A stretch of DNA of 64,000 nucleotides, taken from positions 23,014,558 to 23,078,557 of the forward strand of contig OZ316895.1 of assembly GCA_973895155.1 (NCBI GenBank), in the 5' to 3' direction. The notes below the pieces were generated by a model. That model saw nothing but the letters and a program-made list of their open reading frames with translations. It did not search any database and was not told the origin of the DNA. The translations under genes were made by a program, and so were the position numbers. Shown here in pieces: positions 50,531 through 62,830 of the stretch (positions are counted from its first letter, which is position 1; every line of letters begins with the position of its first letter). This DNA comes from Marsupella aquatica (taxonomy: Eukaryota > Plantae > Marchantiophyta).

Positions 50531-52451
50531 GATCCATAGGGTTGCATGGTGGTCTATGGGTGTGTGACATTCTTTGGTGACATTCGTCACACACGCGAAA
50601 TAGAGAGAACAAATCACGCTGTCAGTCTGCACACCAAATGTGATGAGTTCGTTTGACCGTTCTCACGTCGCAGAAGTCGTGCCAACAGAATCAATGGCTG
50701 ATCTGAGTACAGTATAATACTAGTATAGGACATTAGGACTCGGACTGTGTCGGAGCGAGCTTCTCGAGACAGCGCGGGCGGGAATACAAATCATGATTCA
50801 GCGCAGCCAACGCTGAATGATTTTGGACCACAGTCATGTAGGAGATCTCCGTAATCCCCGTGAACTCACCGTTGGCGAAACCTGCAGCAGTCTGAAAATG
50901 TCTGATCGACTGATCCGTTCGCCTCTTCCTCCTTCCCGCATTTCTCCTCCGTCATGCATTTAAATGCATTCATTCCCTTCAGTCGTCTCACTCTGTCACA
51001 CACTGAGCCCCACGCAGTCATTCACCCAGCAGCAGGAGCTCAGAGCTGCTCAGGGGAGCGAGATCATCATTCTCCTCCAGTCCTCGCGTGCAACGCAAAA
51101 CTTGGATGCCGCCATTGTGATCCACTCACAAGCAGCACCCATCACTCCACCGGATTTCATTCCTTCCCACTCGCGGTGGAGAAACTTATTTACTTACTGG
51201 AGAGGGCCCTCCTTGCCATCGAGTCTAGTCTGCCAGACGACGAGACTCCAATACCGGACCTGTACGTTGCAGCAATTACTGCGGCCCAGCCAGTGCTGCG
51301 CTGCACTGGCCCGCATGCATTGCAAATGGCGGTGCACTGCGTTCCCGTACTCGAGAAATGTGGCCGTTGAGACCTGAGAGAGCTACGACCAGCTCAGGCG
51401 TACACTTGGGAGATGATGCGACATGAAATGTATCCAACGGGGTGCCCACTGGACGAGCACTGGTACGTAAATTGAGGTCTATCGTATTGTAGGTCTATTT
51501 TGTAAGGTAGCTACTCGAGAGGGAACCCGAATTGTGCGCATGCCTTTACCGCCATTTTACGGCTTTACCGGTTCGACGAAAGGGACGTAGTAGCACTAGA
51601 TTGCGACTTAATTGGCAGAGGTTCCTCGTACCTCAGCAAGTCCAGTAGAGAGTATTGTTAAATTATTGAATTCCTGTTCAGGATTTACGAACCGGACGCC
51701 GGACAGCCCTCTCTGCTCCACCCTCTGATGCTTCTATGTCAGTTGTACCATCCCTCTCTCGCTCTTGAAGGCATTACTGTACTCTAGCCTAAGCCAATTG
51801 AAGGAGAACCATCCACGAGCAGCTCGCTGGTTGCCCTTGCAAGCCGTATTGTCCACACTTGTCTTTAGTAATGTACCACTCTGCGTCTCTTGAAGCCGTG
51901 CTGCTCTGCAGCTCTGCGTCTCTTGAAGCGATCTACTGTAGATACAGTGGTGTGTGTATTCGAACTTCCCGTTGGGGATAGCAGACCTGGAATACTCAAG
52001 TGAGTTTGGGTTACAACCGAACCGTAATTAACAGTGGCAGTTCGAACCAAGAGTGTTAGAGGGGGGAAATTCGAAGGAGTTGTTGTGGCTAGCAATCGAA
52101 TCGTACGTGTATGTCCGGGAGACAATCACAATCGTATTTTGAGTCGGGTACTGTGTACCCTGTGGGACGGGACGAAGAATTGAGGATCTAGTGAGTGTGT
52201 CGAGGTGTTGTGTCGTGTTAGGTGGTAGTGCCAGACCACTCGCTTGTTTGACAGGTAAATATCGAGTGGGCAGTTATCTCGATTGCATTGCATTACAAAC
52301 CTTGTTATTACGCCCGATTGCCGTGGCAGTACTGTTCGTTTTCCCATGCGGCTCGATCGTTAACGTTAGTTCTCAACCCAAGAAGCGCAATCGAGTGAGA
52401 GCACGTCAAGCACGCACTTCAGCTTAGCTGGCTCAAGGGAGCTGGTGTGGA

Positions 52452-54781
52452 ATGGGTACTGCTGTTGACCACGATGAGCTTCCTGTCAGCTGCTTGTCGA
52501 GCTCCAAGCTTGACAAGCAGCTGCGTCGTCAGGTGAAACGAGTGACATCCGCTGCCCTGATGTTGATGCAGGTTGTGTCACCAGTACTCACGAAGAAGAA
52601 ATTCGGCAACGACGGTGGTGAAACAGGGCCAACTCCTGAGAGTACTGCTGTGGACATGGAAGCAACACCTGCTGTAGAGCGCATCGTGCAGTGTGTAATA
52701 AGGCATCAGGTATTCATCATCCCCCCTCGGTACCTGGTAGTGGATTTTGGTACTAGCGCTTTCTGTGGTTACGTGGGAATGAGTAGGCTTCCTTTGTGTT
52801 TTTTGCTTCCTCGTATCAACATACTTTTGAACCATCTTACAGTAGTTTTACGAATTGCTGGCATAGAAAATCTGGAACATGAGGCCAAAATGTGCTTAAT
52901 CTGCAAGCTCATCTCACCGATGAAAAGTCGGGGTTAGCCGAGGTTTAGTCAGAGTACAGTGGTGACCTTTCTTACGTTGCCAGCGCAGATTTCAATTTTC
53001 AGTCACCCTTACTCGTTTACCCGTCAGACGAAATGCCAATTACTCAATTTGAAACCTCTATTCCGTGGGCCTGATAGGATGTGAGCATCAGTTGCATCGA
53101 AACTGACCAACCTTTCGTCTAGGCGGCATTATTTGCTTATAGTCGTTTACGGAGCTGTTTACTTGACCATCAGTCCTTCTCCGGTCCATGATGAATGTTT
53201 TCCATTCTGAAGAATCGATTGTCTCAAGTTGAGGGGTCACATTCGATCCATCAGTGTTTTCTCAGATTGCTGACAGATACTTTTATTCTTTCGTTTGCGC
53301 AGGATAATCGCATGCTCTCTCCAGTTAGCGAGGCCTGCTCTCCTGACTTTGGCACTGATTACAGCGAGAAAAGAAGTTACCCTTCCCCAGCAGACCACCA
53401 CCGCCCTATCTGTCTACAACCGACCATGGATATGTTCTCAGAAGGGTCGCATGCACTGGGAGTTTCAGCAGAAAGGCAGAATAGACCCAGGAGTAGGGTG
53501 AGGAGTATGAGCATGAGCGTTATATGCAACAATAAGAATGTTGAAGACTGTCATATGGATCCATTGATGCGCGGGGACGAGGACGCCTGCAACGTTGTTG
53601 GAAAGGATCGGAAGGGTGTCAAACGCAATCCTCTTCGTCAAATTGGTAATCTTCTGGGTTGCTTTTTGGGCATGCGGCATGAGAATGTGGAAAAGAAATC
53701 ATGGGAGAAGAGGAGCCAGTCGCTAGCTCTGCTAGAGCTGAGCCAGAGACAGCAGGACGCGTTAGCCATGAAGCAGGACACCATCGAATTGTTGGAGTGG
53801 AAACTGGAACAGTTTCAGCTACTTTCCACATCTGCAGCTGGACAAGTATCCCCCCAATACGCGGCGGCCTCCTTGCGAAGTCACAATCCTCTTGCACCGA
53901 TTGCAGACTTTGCTGACCTGAAAAATGTTCCGCCCAATGTACTTCCAGGGGGATTCTCCAAATATTACACGAATGAAGAACTGTTGGGAAAGAGTCGGCA
54001 TGACCGGCTCTTCAGTCCCATGGCTCACGACCCTTACTTAGAATTCAAGCTGGAGAATTCTGAGTTGGAATCAGCCATACTGCATATGTTCGACATGACT
54101 ATCGTCAAAGCCCGTCTGGCTGTCCGGTACTTTTGCAAGGTCTTCATGAAACAAATGGAAGTCTCTCGATACTCAGTGTGGAGAACTCTTGCTGAGATTG
54201 AGCCCAACACGAAGTTTCAGAAGAAAGAACACACTGCATTCATTCTCGAATCTCGGCTCAACAAGGCATTGTACCATTCTTTCGAGAATGACAGTTTTGA
54301 TGAAACCGGGATCACGAAAATCATCGACCCGGAGAAACGATGCATGATTCGCTTCCGAGATTTCCAACGCTTGAAGCTGGTCGAGGCAGCCAACGCTGTC
54401 AACACCCAGCATGAAGATTTCGACCACGACTTTTGGACCTTCAGCGAGAACAAGATGAGAGAAATGTGGTTCCTCTTTCCCTGGAACGTCGTTTTTAAGG
54501 ATCCTGATGAGAGGTCCACCTTCACGGCAGCTTTCCTCGATGCAGCCAAGTGTGTTTGGCTCCTTCACAGGCTTGCATTTTCAGTCTATCCCCATGTGAC
54601 CATTTTGAGGGTGGGTAAGGGAATGCATGCAAATTCTCAGTATGTAGAACAAGTCACTCCCGTCGACGAGCAATGCAGGAGGTGTGAAGGCCCTAAAATC
54701 GAGTTCATGACCATGCCTGGTTTCCAGACCCGCAAGAAGATGATCAAGTGTCAGGTCTATCGTCACTTACAATGTACGTAG
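52452..54781 (+). CDS. IRK-interacting protein-like (IRKI/GIL1-related coiled-coil protein); exons 52452-52709 and 53303-54781 (~578 aa)
   Basis: A phase-0 GT..AG intron joins the two ORFs. A coiled coil is followed by LES..NKALY..FEN..F, F..FSENKM, AFLDAAKCVWLLHRLAFS...ILRV and FM.MPGF.....IKCQVY. Confidence 0.85.
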
Positions 54782-57260
54782 GGATCCAGGTAGGCAACCA
54801 CGGCGAGAATAGGATTTCAATATTATCTGGAGGAAAATTATAGAGGGCATCTCCTCCAACGGCGTTGGACCTAAATGCACTATGTATAGCTATTGAGCTC
54901 AGCAAATGGCTGGCCTTATTAGGAAAGAAAGATCTAGAGTACCGCAGTGGCTGAGGAACGTGCCTGCTGTGGCACGTCTAATGCGAGAAATCCATGTAAA
55001 TATTAGATATAGTCAGTGGATTAGGGGTATACACATCGTAAAGCTTAAAGCTCAGGGAAGTGCTGCTGCGTTAGGTCCTCTCGAGCAGAGGCGTATAATT
55101 TATTAACGCACGAAGTTTGTTCGTTAAGACTGGAAAGCAAAAATCTGATTGGCTTCCATTTTCTATTGGACCGAAATTTGGAGTGGTATGGTATGGACGG
55201 CTTGTTGATTCTTTTATTTGCACCGTGCCTTCTTGCTACTTTGTAACCGAGGTTTCCAGGAGCAGCGAAATTGAGACATTGTACTACTCACAAGAAATTC
55301 TCATTACTAATTATCGCAGAATTGTTTCTCGTCAGCTGGTCATTGTCGAGGCATTATTCTTAGTAAACGGTAAGCGTTGAGACCAGGAAAGGTGGACCTA
55401 GAGTTGGAACCATCTTCGTTCAACACCAGTTGTCTCCGAAGTGAGTCCTCATCAGCTAATCTCAAGCAGAAACCTTGAGAAAGGACACGCAAGAGTGTCC
55501 AATATGACGTACATGACGGCAACCATTCTCTCTGCACTAGGAAGTTGTAGAGTCTTATAGATGGAGAAGCATGGTCTAAACCTGTCATGTGAGTGAGCAA
55601 CACGTTCTTTTGATAGGTAGAGAAGCATGGTCTAAACTTGTCATGTGAGTGAGCAACACCTGCCGCAAAGAATGACCTGGGAGGTTCTTTCTGCTTTACT
55701 TTGCATGGGCGAAAGGCAAAGTCAAAGACAGGAGTTGGGGTACCTCCGTCAGACCTATCTACAGTGGAGGACTTTTTGGGAGCCCCATCCAAAGTTGCCT
55801 TGAATTGTGCACCAGCACAGCTTAGAGCAGCCCCGAGGTAACAGCCCACCGCACAGAATTTGAGTTTGGATCTTTGATGGAGTTCCTGCTTAGTTGGGGC
55901 AAACTGGGAAATAGTGTGCCTCCCGCACATTGTCGAAGTGGATTGTTGCAAGAGTACAGGAGGCTCCTACTTCTATGTACTTTCGCCGTGAGTTAGACCC
56001 TTTCTATCATGAGGTTGTAGAATTTAGTTATATCTGTCCACGGTTCCCTCCTTCCCTGCCTACAGCTACAGCACACAATTTCAAGTGCGTTCATTTGATT
56101 CATACATTGACCTGTAGTACCGTCATGTAATGACAAGTCCTCCATCATTCCATCCTATGATCCTATCCATTAAGAGAGTCCCGAAAGCTTCTAGTCTAGG
56201 TTAGTCTACAATCCATGATTGGCCAGGGTTCTCTTTCCCTACAGTCCATAACCACGCGTTCCGAAGGATTTAGTGTTTGTTGTACCTTTCAAATTTGGTC
56301 GCTACTGCAGGTGATTTGTGTACAGAGTACTCTGTCCGCGGTCTTCAAGTGTCTACCACTGTACCGAATTCATTAGGTGAAGCCATCCCCATAAGACATA
56401 AGTCTATCAGTCCATCCCTCATGTCTACAGTAGTGCCTCCTGTCCCTAAGTCCCTTGCTGCGTTAGCCAATGTCTCCCCTTTGGTAGCTCGTTTGTTCAG
56501 AGTACAATAACGATCCATTACGAATGATCTTTCAGCTGGCTTCGGTGCCTACTGTACCGTATTCAGTTGGCGAAGAGAATGATCCCCATCACCCATGGGC
56601 CTCCCGTCCATCATGAGCGAACCGTACTCAACGCTTTCTATTCATGGCACGGTTTTACTACTCTCCTCACTCCTCAGCGGCTCAGCTTCATTCCCAACTT
56701 TGCATTGAAGTTTGTAAAATAACTTAGCACGTCGAGTACAGCATTAACAACAAAAGTACAGGTCCCAGGCGGGAACAGATTTCAAGTACCACCGGCCTAA
56801 CGATATCGTCATTTTGAAAACTTCGGCAGTACTGTACAGTAGTGGAGAGTTCAGAAAGGAGGTCCTGTGCAATTGTGATCCTGGGTACTCTTATAATAAT
56901 ATCGCACTCATCAACAGGGCTTTTGACAAATTCTGACTCTCCACGGCAGAGTGGTGAATGTTGATCCGTATTGAGATGGACACGGGAAGTGTAGAGTTGA
57001 TTTCGCTGCTAAACCCGAATTTAACATGGACGTCAAAGTCATTATTGGTGAAAAAAAGGCGTAGCTGTTATCCCCGGAGTAGCTCTCCCAGTCTTGCGTG
57101 CCCCTTTCCAATTTCCATGTAATTTTCAGTGACCGGAATTTGACTGGACCTTCCAGCCTCTGCGGCATGTTGTTGGCAAAACCAACCCAGAGTAGGTTCT
57201 CACAACCATTCAAGCTATTGTAGGAGTTTGCCAGACTCAGTTCCAACCCATCAATCAAGC

Positions 57261-57760
57261 ATGTTCATCACTGTCGTCCCTCTCCTGTCAGCAAATTCGC
57301 TCTTCCCCCTCGAACTCGTACCCGAACAAGTGGAAATCCTCAGTACCGAGCACGTCGGCAGAACCTCCGTCCCCGGCCTGGCTGCAAAACCCAGTGTCGA
57401 CATCGACCTCGCCCGGATATCCCCTTCGCTATCGCCGCTTGGAAGAAGGGGGTTCTTTGTATGAAGGGGAGACGAGGATTTTGGATCGGCGGCATTCTCT
57501 TAAGGCGCGTGTGATGATTTCTGATAGAGGGAGTAGGGAACGAGGATTACACTGCACTGAAGAGTCAAGTTGCTGTTAGAGAATTGCTTTCTAAGGATCA
57601 GGGGTTGACAGATCAGTACGGGCGGGTGAAGATGGGCCTAGCGGAGAGGGAGGTTGAGAGCGTTGAGAAGAAGAAGGAGGTTCTGAAAAAGATTTTGATG
57701 ACAGGTTAGGGATGGAGGAATTGCTCGAGATTGAGAAAGCTGCCCACGTTCGAATGTGGG
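57261..57760 (+). pseudogene. GrpB/UPF0157-family (nucleotidyltransferase-fold) pseudogene
   Basis: Colinear frame-shifted blocks: ILSTEHVGRTSVPGLAAKPSVDIDL; LEEGGSLYEGETRILDRRH; RELLSKDQGLTDQYGRVKMGLAEREVESVE..KEVLKKIL; GMEELLEIEKA. Confidence 0.75.
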
Positions 57761-58023
57761 AAGGAGTTACTTTTTCTGTGCGTTTCCGATCGCAGATCAA
57801 AGGTTAAGCTAGTGTGGAAAGACTCGGAATCCACGAGAGAAATGAGGAGGTTCTGATCCTGCTGCGAGTAAATCGTGCAAGTTTGGTAAGGAGGGGAAAG
57901 ACATGACCAAAATGTTTCTTTTGCCGTTGTTCCAGCTGACTACAATCGAGATTGGAATAATACGTTGCCATGGATATTGACAAAATGAACCTAGTTTGGA
58001 AGAGTAAGAATGAAAGTAGGGCG

Positions 58024-58340
58024 TCTCAAAGCATGGCCATAACGAGTTATGAGTTGGCTGTAAGGACTGAGTTACGAGAATTGCCATAAAAGTTGCGGGA
58101 GCTCAAAATCGGCTGAGGTGGTGAAGAACTGAAACGTGAAAGTAAGGAGTCTCAAAGCACGGTCATAACGAGTTATGAGTTGTCTTGCTGTAAGGACTGA
58201 GTTATGGGAACGGCCATAAAAGTTACGAGTTGGCTTGCTCTAAGGACTGAGTTATGGGAATGGCCATAAAAGTTACGAGTTGGCTTGCTCTAAGGACTGA
58301 GTTATGGGAACGGCCATAAAAGTTGTGGGAGCTCAAAATA
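58024..58340. repeat. Tandem repeat, ~50-bp units within a larger duplication
   Basis: GGCCATAAAAGTTACGAGTTGGCTTGCTCTAAGGACTGAGTTATGGGAA and variants are repeated. Confidence 0.85.
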
Positions 58341-58883
58341 GGCTTCCTTAAGAAGGTGCCCTGGCCACTGATTGAAATCAGTGACTTTAACTCTAAGCCG
58401 TAACATGGAGTGCGAACACTGTGTATTGTTTTGGTCCAAGGTTCCCAAAGGACTTTGAATATGCATCATCACAACATTGCATCATCTAGGGACAAAAATG
58501 ACATGCGAGTTAGTGTGTATTATTAGAATCAATGCTATCGGGACTGCTTGTAGAGGGAATAGGCTTGGGCTTGTCCCACAAGTATGGGCCAAAAGCACTT
58601 ACTCTAAGCAGGAGTACCCATAATCCCATGGTCCTCATTTCTTTTCTTCGTGCCAAAAGAAATCAGGGTTTTTTAATTCAATTGTACAGAATACTTTAAA
58701 AAAAATTTTGAATAAATACAGTGGTGTTTTAATCCAATTTTAGAGAATTATGATAACTCTAGGGGTTTTTAATATTAAACATGAGAATATTCCTAGAATA
58801 TTCCATAAAGTTAGTGGTTAAAAATAGTAAAAAATTATTTTATTTTCTTAAGTTTTAGGTTTTTTATTACTTGAAAACTTAGC

Positions 58884-59017
58884 GCATGATATGAGACCCC
58901 CCTAGCCCATAATTCATCCCTTATGGCACAAGTGAAGCTTAATGCCATGTGCATGATATGAGACCCCCCTAGCCCATAATTCATCCCTTATGGCACAAGT
59001 GAAGCTTAATGCCATGT
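58884..59017. repeat. Perfect tandem duplication, ~67 bp x2
   Basis: GCATGATATGAGACCCCCCTAGCCC...GCTTAATGCCATGT occurs twice. Confidence 0.9.
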
Positions 59018-59265
59018 TACCACCGGCAATGTGAAGGGTGGACTTAAGAATCTTAACAAATACATAAACAAACCCAAACTTCAGACTTTCATTGCCAAAG
59101 CAAAATTGCGACCCATGTCGTGGAACCATGAGTTTGCCATAGCATTTGAAATCAGGACTTTCTTAGACAAAGTACTGGCCTTTGCTAGAACACTTGTACT
59201 TTGTTGGCCAAGCAGGCACGACTCCTTTGAACAAACTGTTGTCAGAATGGCAATCAGGCCTCTGC

Positions 59266-59596
59266 TGTTAAGGATTGCTCTTAGTCTTGTGACTCAAAAG
59301 GTTACGACAATTAGGTTAACCTCAGTTAGGGACTTAGCTGAGGTTAGGTTAGCCGTGTGTGACCTTGCATATACCAGGGCTAGTGTAAGCCGCTGGTCTG
59401 TGGTGCTTGCTCATTGTAACGAAGCAACTTGAGGAAGAGAGAGCTTGTGTGTTCAACTACTCTGAAGTAAAGTTGTTGTGTTCATGTGGACGTAGCCTTG
59501 GACAATAGATGAACCACGTATGGATTGTGTCGACTACGTGTGCATGTGATGAGTCATGATCGTATCATCATGAAAGGAAGACGTCATACTTCAACA
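59266..59596 (+). mobile_element. Solo LTR (331 bp) of a copia family, TSD TCTGC
   Basis: TGTTA...CAACA is flanked by TCTGC at 59261-59265 and 59597-59601. It shares GTGGACGTAGCCT...GAACCACGTAT...TGTGTCGACT with the 41245 LTR. Confidence 0.88.
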
Positions 59597-60357
59597 TCTG
59601 CAAGGAAAAATGTCTAGCAAAACTTCAACCAAGACACTGTGAGCCAAATTTCACACCCTTCACTTTTTAACCACCCTCAATCCGTCCAATTTGAAATTAG
59701 GGTTTAGCCTCACCATTCTTCTTCATGGGATTTGGTTGGTGTCTACTCTGAGGTACTTAACTGGGTCAATAATACACAAGCCTTTGCCTTGCCTCTACCT
59801 TGTACTCTTATGAGTGTTTGGGTACTTTCACTATCAAAGTTGGTTCACAATCCTTGGTTGATGTTTTGCCAAAAGCTTCCTCCTTTCGGAGTCCTAGTTG
59901 CCATTCTGGAAATAGTTTGTTCTAGTGGAGTCATGGTTGCTTTGCTAACAGAGTCTAAGTGTTCAGGCAGAGCCTGGTACTTTAGTTAAGAGTCATGGTT
60001 AGTGGAGTCCTGGTTCCCCTATCTCCAGAGGTCTCACATCATATTACAACAAAGCAGAGCCTTATATAACTATGATTTGATTTGTTCTTAAAGCACCATT
60101 GCCCTTCAAAAGCTACGGGTTACCCGTAGTTACCATTAAAAGTATATTTTTCCTGAAATTGTGGAGCAAATTGGCATGCTAGAGGAGAACACTGATTGAA
60201 ATATGGAAAAAGGGGGAGGTCTTGGACACTTCCCCTTATATAGGGGAAGTTGTCGTTTAAGGGAAAACTTAATTTTTGTTAAAAAAAACATCAGGATCTC
60301 TAGATAGGGTGTCTTAAAGTTTAATAATATTTCCAGAATATAAAAGTAGTAGAGGTA

Positions 60358-62104
60358 GATGACTCTCAGCATAATTGAATATTCCTATCAATGAATGAGA
60401 GTATTCAGAAACAAAATTTTCAAATTCTGGTTCGAAAGATATCTGGTGACAATAATATATCTCATCTTTGTGTTGCTAAGTAACAGCAGATGAATTTGAT
60501 ATCAAATATTTGAAATACCTAAGGCTATGCTAGAAACTAGAATCGGGATGGACCTTCACTTTGTCTAATTATAAATTCCCCGTTGGACTGGCAAAGCTTG
60601 GATGAACTTGCTCAGAACATTTGAACTAATTTAGATAACAATGTTTACACTTTTGACTGAAATGTGACCTGTACACAGTCTCCCTACCGTTTGCAGCCAA
60701 TTTCAATTACATTACCGAACCGGTTTCCTTGGTAACTTGACGACTTGACAACTTTCAACTGCAAAGACATCAAGACGTCATGCCATTATTTATAACCACC
60801 ATGACGTCTTGACTACTTTCTCCCCAAGGTAGTCAAAGTTGTGTAAAAGGAACAATTGCTTTATGCAGTCCATGGGGTTGGGCAGGGACAATGTCTCGGT
60901 CCATCCGAGCTTTTGTTTTGCTATACTAATTAGGCAATTCTTTTGTATTAAAAATTAATTACTAAGAGAAATATCCATTTCCGATATTTGGCTACAATAG
61001 TTGGATGCTTCCATAAGACAACTTGAGAGTGTGATCTGAGCTTTGCCAGCCCTACCGTCATCATATCTTTTCTTTCCAGAGCAAGAAGGGCCCTAGCCAA
61101 TCAATGATGTGACTTTTAGGTGGGGTGTGTCCCCAACTTGTCTCCTAGCAAATTATTCTAGCACCATTTGCTATGGGATCCCCGTTCGGCATTTTTGTTC
61201 TTTGGCACTGTGATATGTATTTTGCTCCACTTCACTTTACAATTCATTTAAGGCATTTAAATGATTTTAAACTCTCTCTTGGTCCTTGTACTGTACTAAT
61301 GTCAGGATATTAAATGGCGGATAGATTAGCCTTTGTACGACAACACTCAAATTGCCCTCAAGGTCTTGTACAGCCACCTTTAGTGACTTGGGGTTGGTGG
61401 CCCTGTGGGCTGCTGCTGATCTCCACTTTCCAGGCATTTGGCTGCTTGTTCTACCTTGCCATGGGGTTTATGAGGCGGGAAATATAAAGTAAAAATCCAT
61501 TCCGAGGAAAGCCACCTTTAGCTGGCCCCTTGGTGCAGCATTTTCTCTTAGGTGAATGGCAAGCAGAATACTAACAAAATGAACCAAATGTTTTTGCCCT
61601 GAAACCCAAAGATATCCACATATTAGTAGACAACAAAAGTTAATCTGCCAGTTGCGTAGCTGAAACGCTAAGCCGGGGTTTCCCCTTATTAAACTGCCAC
61701 TAGCCAAGACAAAAATGTGGTTACACATATTTTCACCATTTTTAGCACTTTTTTTCCCAAAATTGTGGAGCAAAGTCTCACGGTAGGAGGAATGTGAAAA
61801 AGTGAGAACTTTTGGACACTCCTCCTTTTATATGGAGGCCAATGGTGTTTAAAAAAACTAAGAAGATGGTACACCAATAGTAGACCATATAAATAAATCA
61901 GCTATTTTTGGCTGAACTATGTTCAGCTATGTGATGGGGGACCAAAAAGTCCCCCAAGATACTTTTGTTTGCAATACCTTAAACTGCAATAAGATGTTCT
62001 GGACTGCAATACTGTTTCACTTGTTCTAAAGAGTCAACAAACCTATTCACGATGCATGTATTTTATAGATACTAGCTAGTATTGAGACAAGACCATAATG
62101 AATT
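60358..62104 (-). repeat. Inverted copy of 27480-28939 with extra insertions
   Basis: Reverse-complement colinearity, with extra blocks at about 60860-60990 and 61180-61360. Confidence 0.85.
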
Positions 62105-62139
62105 ATGTAGGTACTAGCCCAATGCCCATACATTGCACA

Positions 62140-62830
62140 TAAGATGTCAAGGTGAGAAAAAGACGTTGCTCAGGTGAGAGAAAGATGTTGATGAGAGAAT
62201 TGAGGTGAGGAAAAGATGTAGAGGAGAGAAAAAGATATTGAGGTGACAAAAAGATGTTGAGGAGAGAAAAAGATTTCAAGCGGTGAAAAAATGGGATCGA
62301 GGAGAGAATAAAGATATTGAGGTGAGAAAAAGTGGTAGAGGAGAGAAAAGTATTTTGAGTTGATAAAAAGATGTTGAGGAAAAAGATGTTGAGGAAAAAG
62401 ATTTGGAGGTGAGGAAATAATGTCGAGGAAAGAAAAAGATGGCAAGGCAAAGATATTGATTGAGGCAAGAAAAGATAGGGGAAAAGATGTTAAGGCCACA
62501 AAAAGATGTCAAAGGAGGGTAAAGACATTGAGTAAACAAAAAGATGTTAAGGCAAGAAAAGATATTGAGACAATAAAAGATGTCAAGACTCAAAACAATA
62601 TCAAGGCAAGGCAAAGATGTCAAGGTGTGAAGAACATATAGGCTTAGCAAGGTAGATGTTGAGTCATGTTATGTGTCATTGCAGCCATATATATAGTTGT
62701 TGTAGCCATGTTAAGGCAAGGCAAAATTGTTGAGGTGAGGCAAAGATGTTGAGGCAAGTTTAGATCCTGGTTTAGATGTTGCAATGAGGCAAAGATGTTG
62801 GGGTGAGGCAAAAATGTTAAGAAATGCAGA
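62140..62830. repeat. Degenerate purine-rich ~19-20-bp tandem array (GAGG(A/T)GAGAAAAAGATGTT)
   Basis: Many AAAGATGTTGAGG variants, which produce the spurious F/L/S-rich antisense ORFs. Confidence 0.8.

Noticed and set aside
53195-53302. N-terminus of the 528-aa ORF (MFSILKN...)
   Set aside because: This is probably intron sequence. A pyrimidine tract and CAG acceptor at 53302 join in phase to the exon at 52452-52709.
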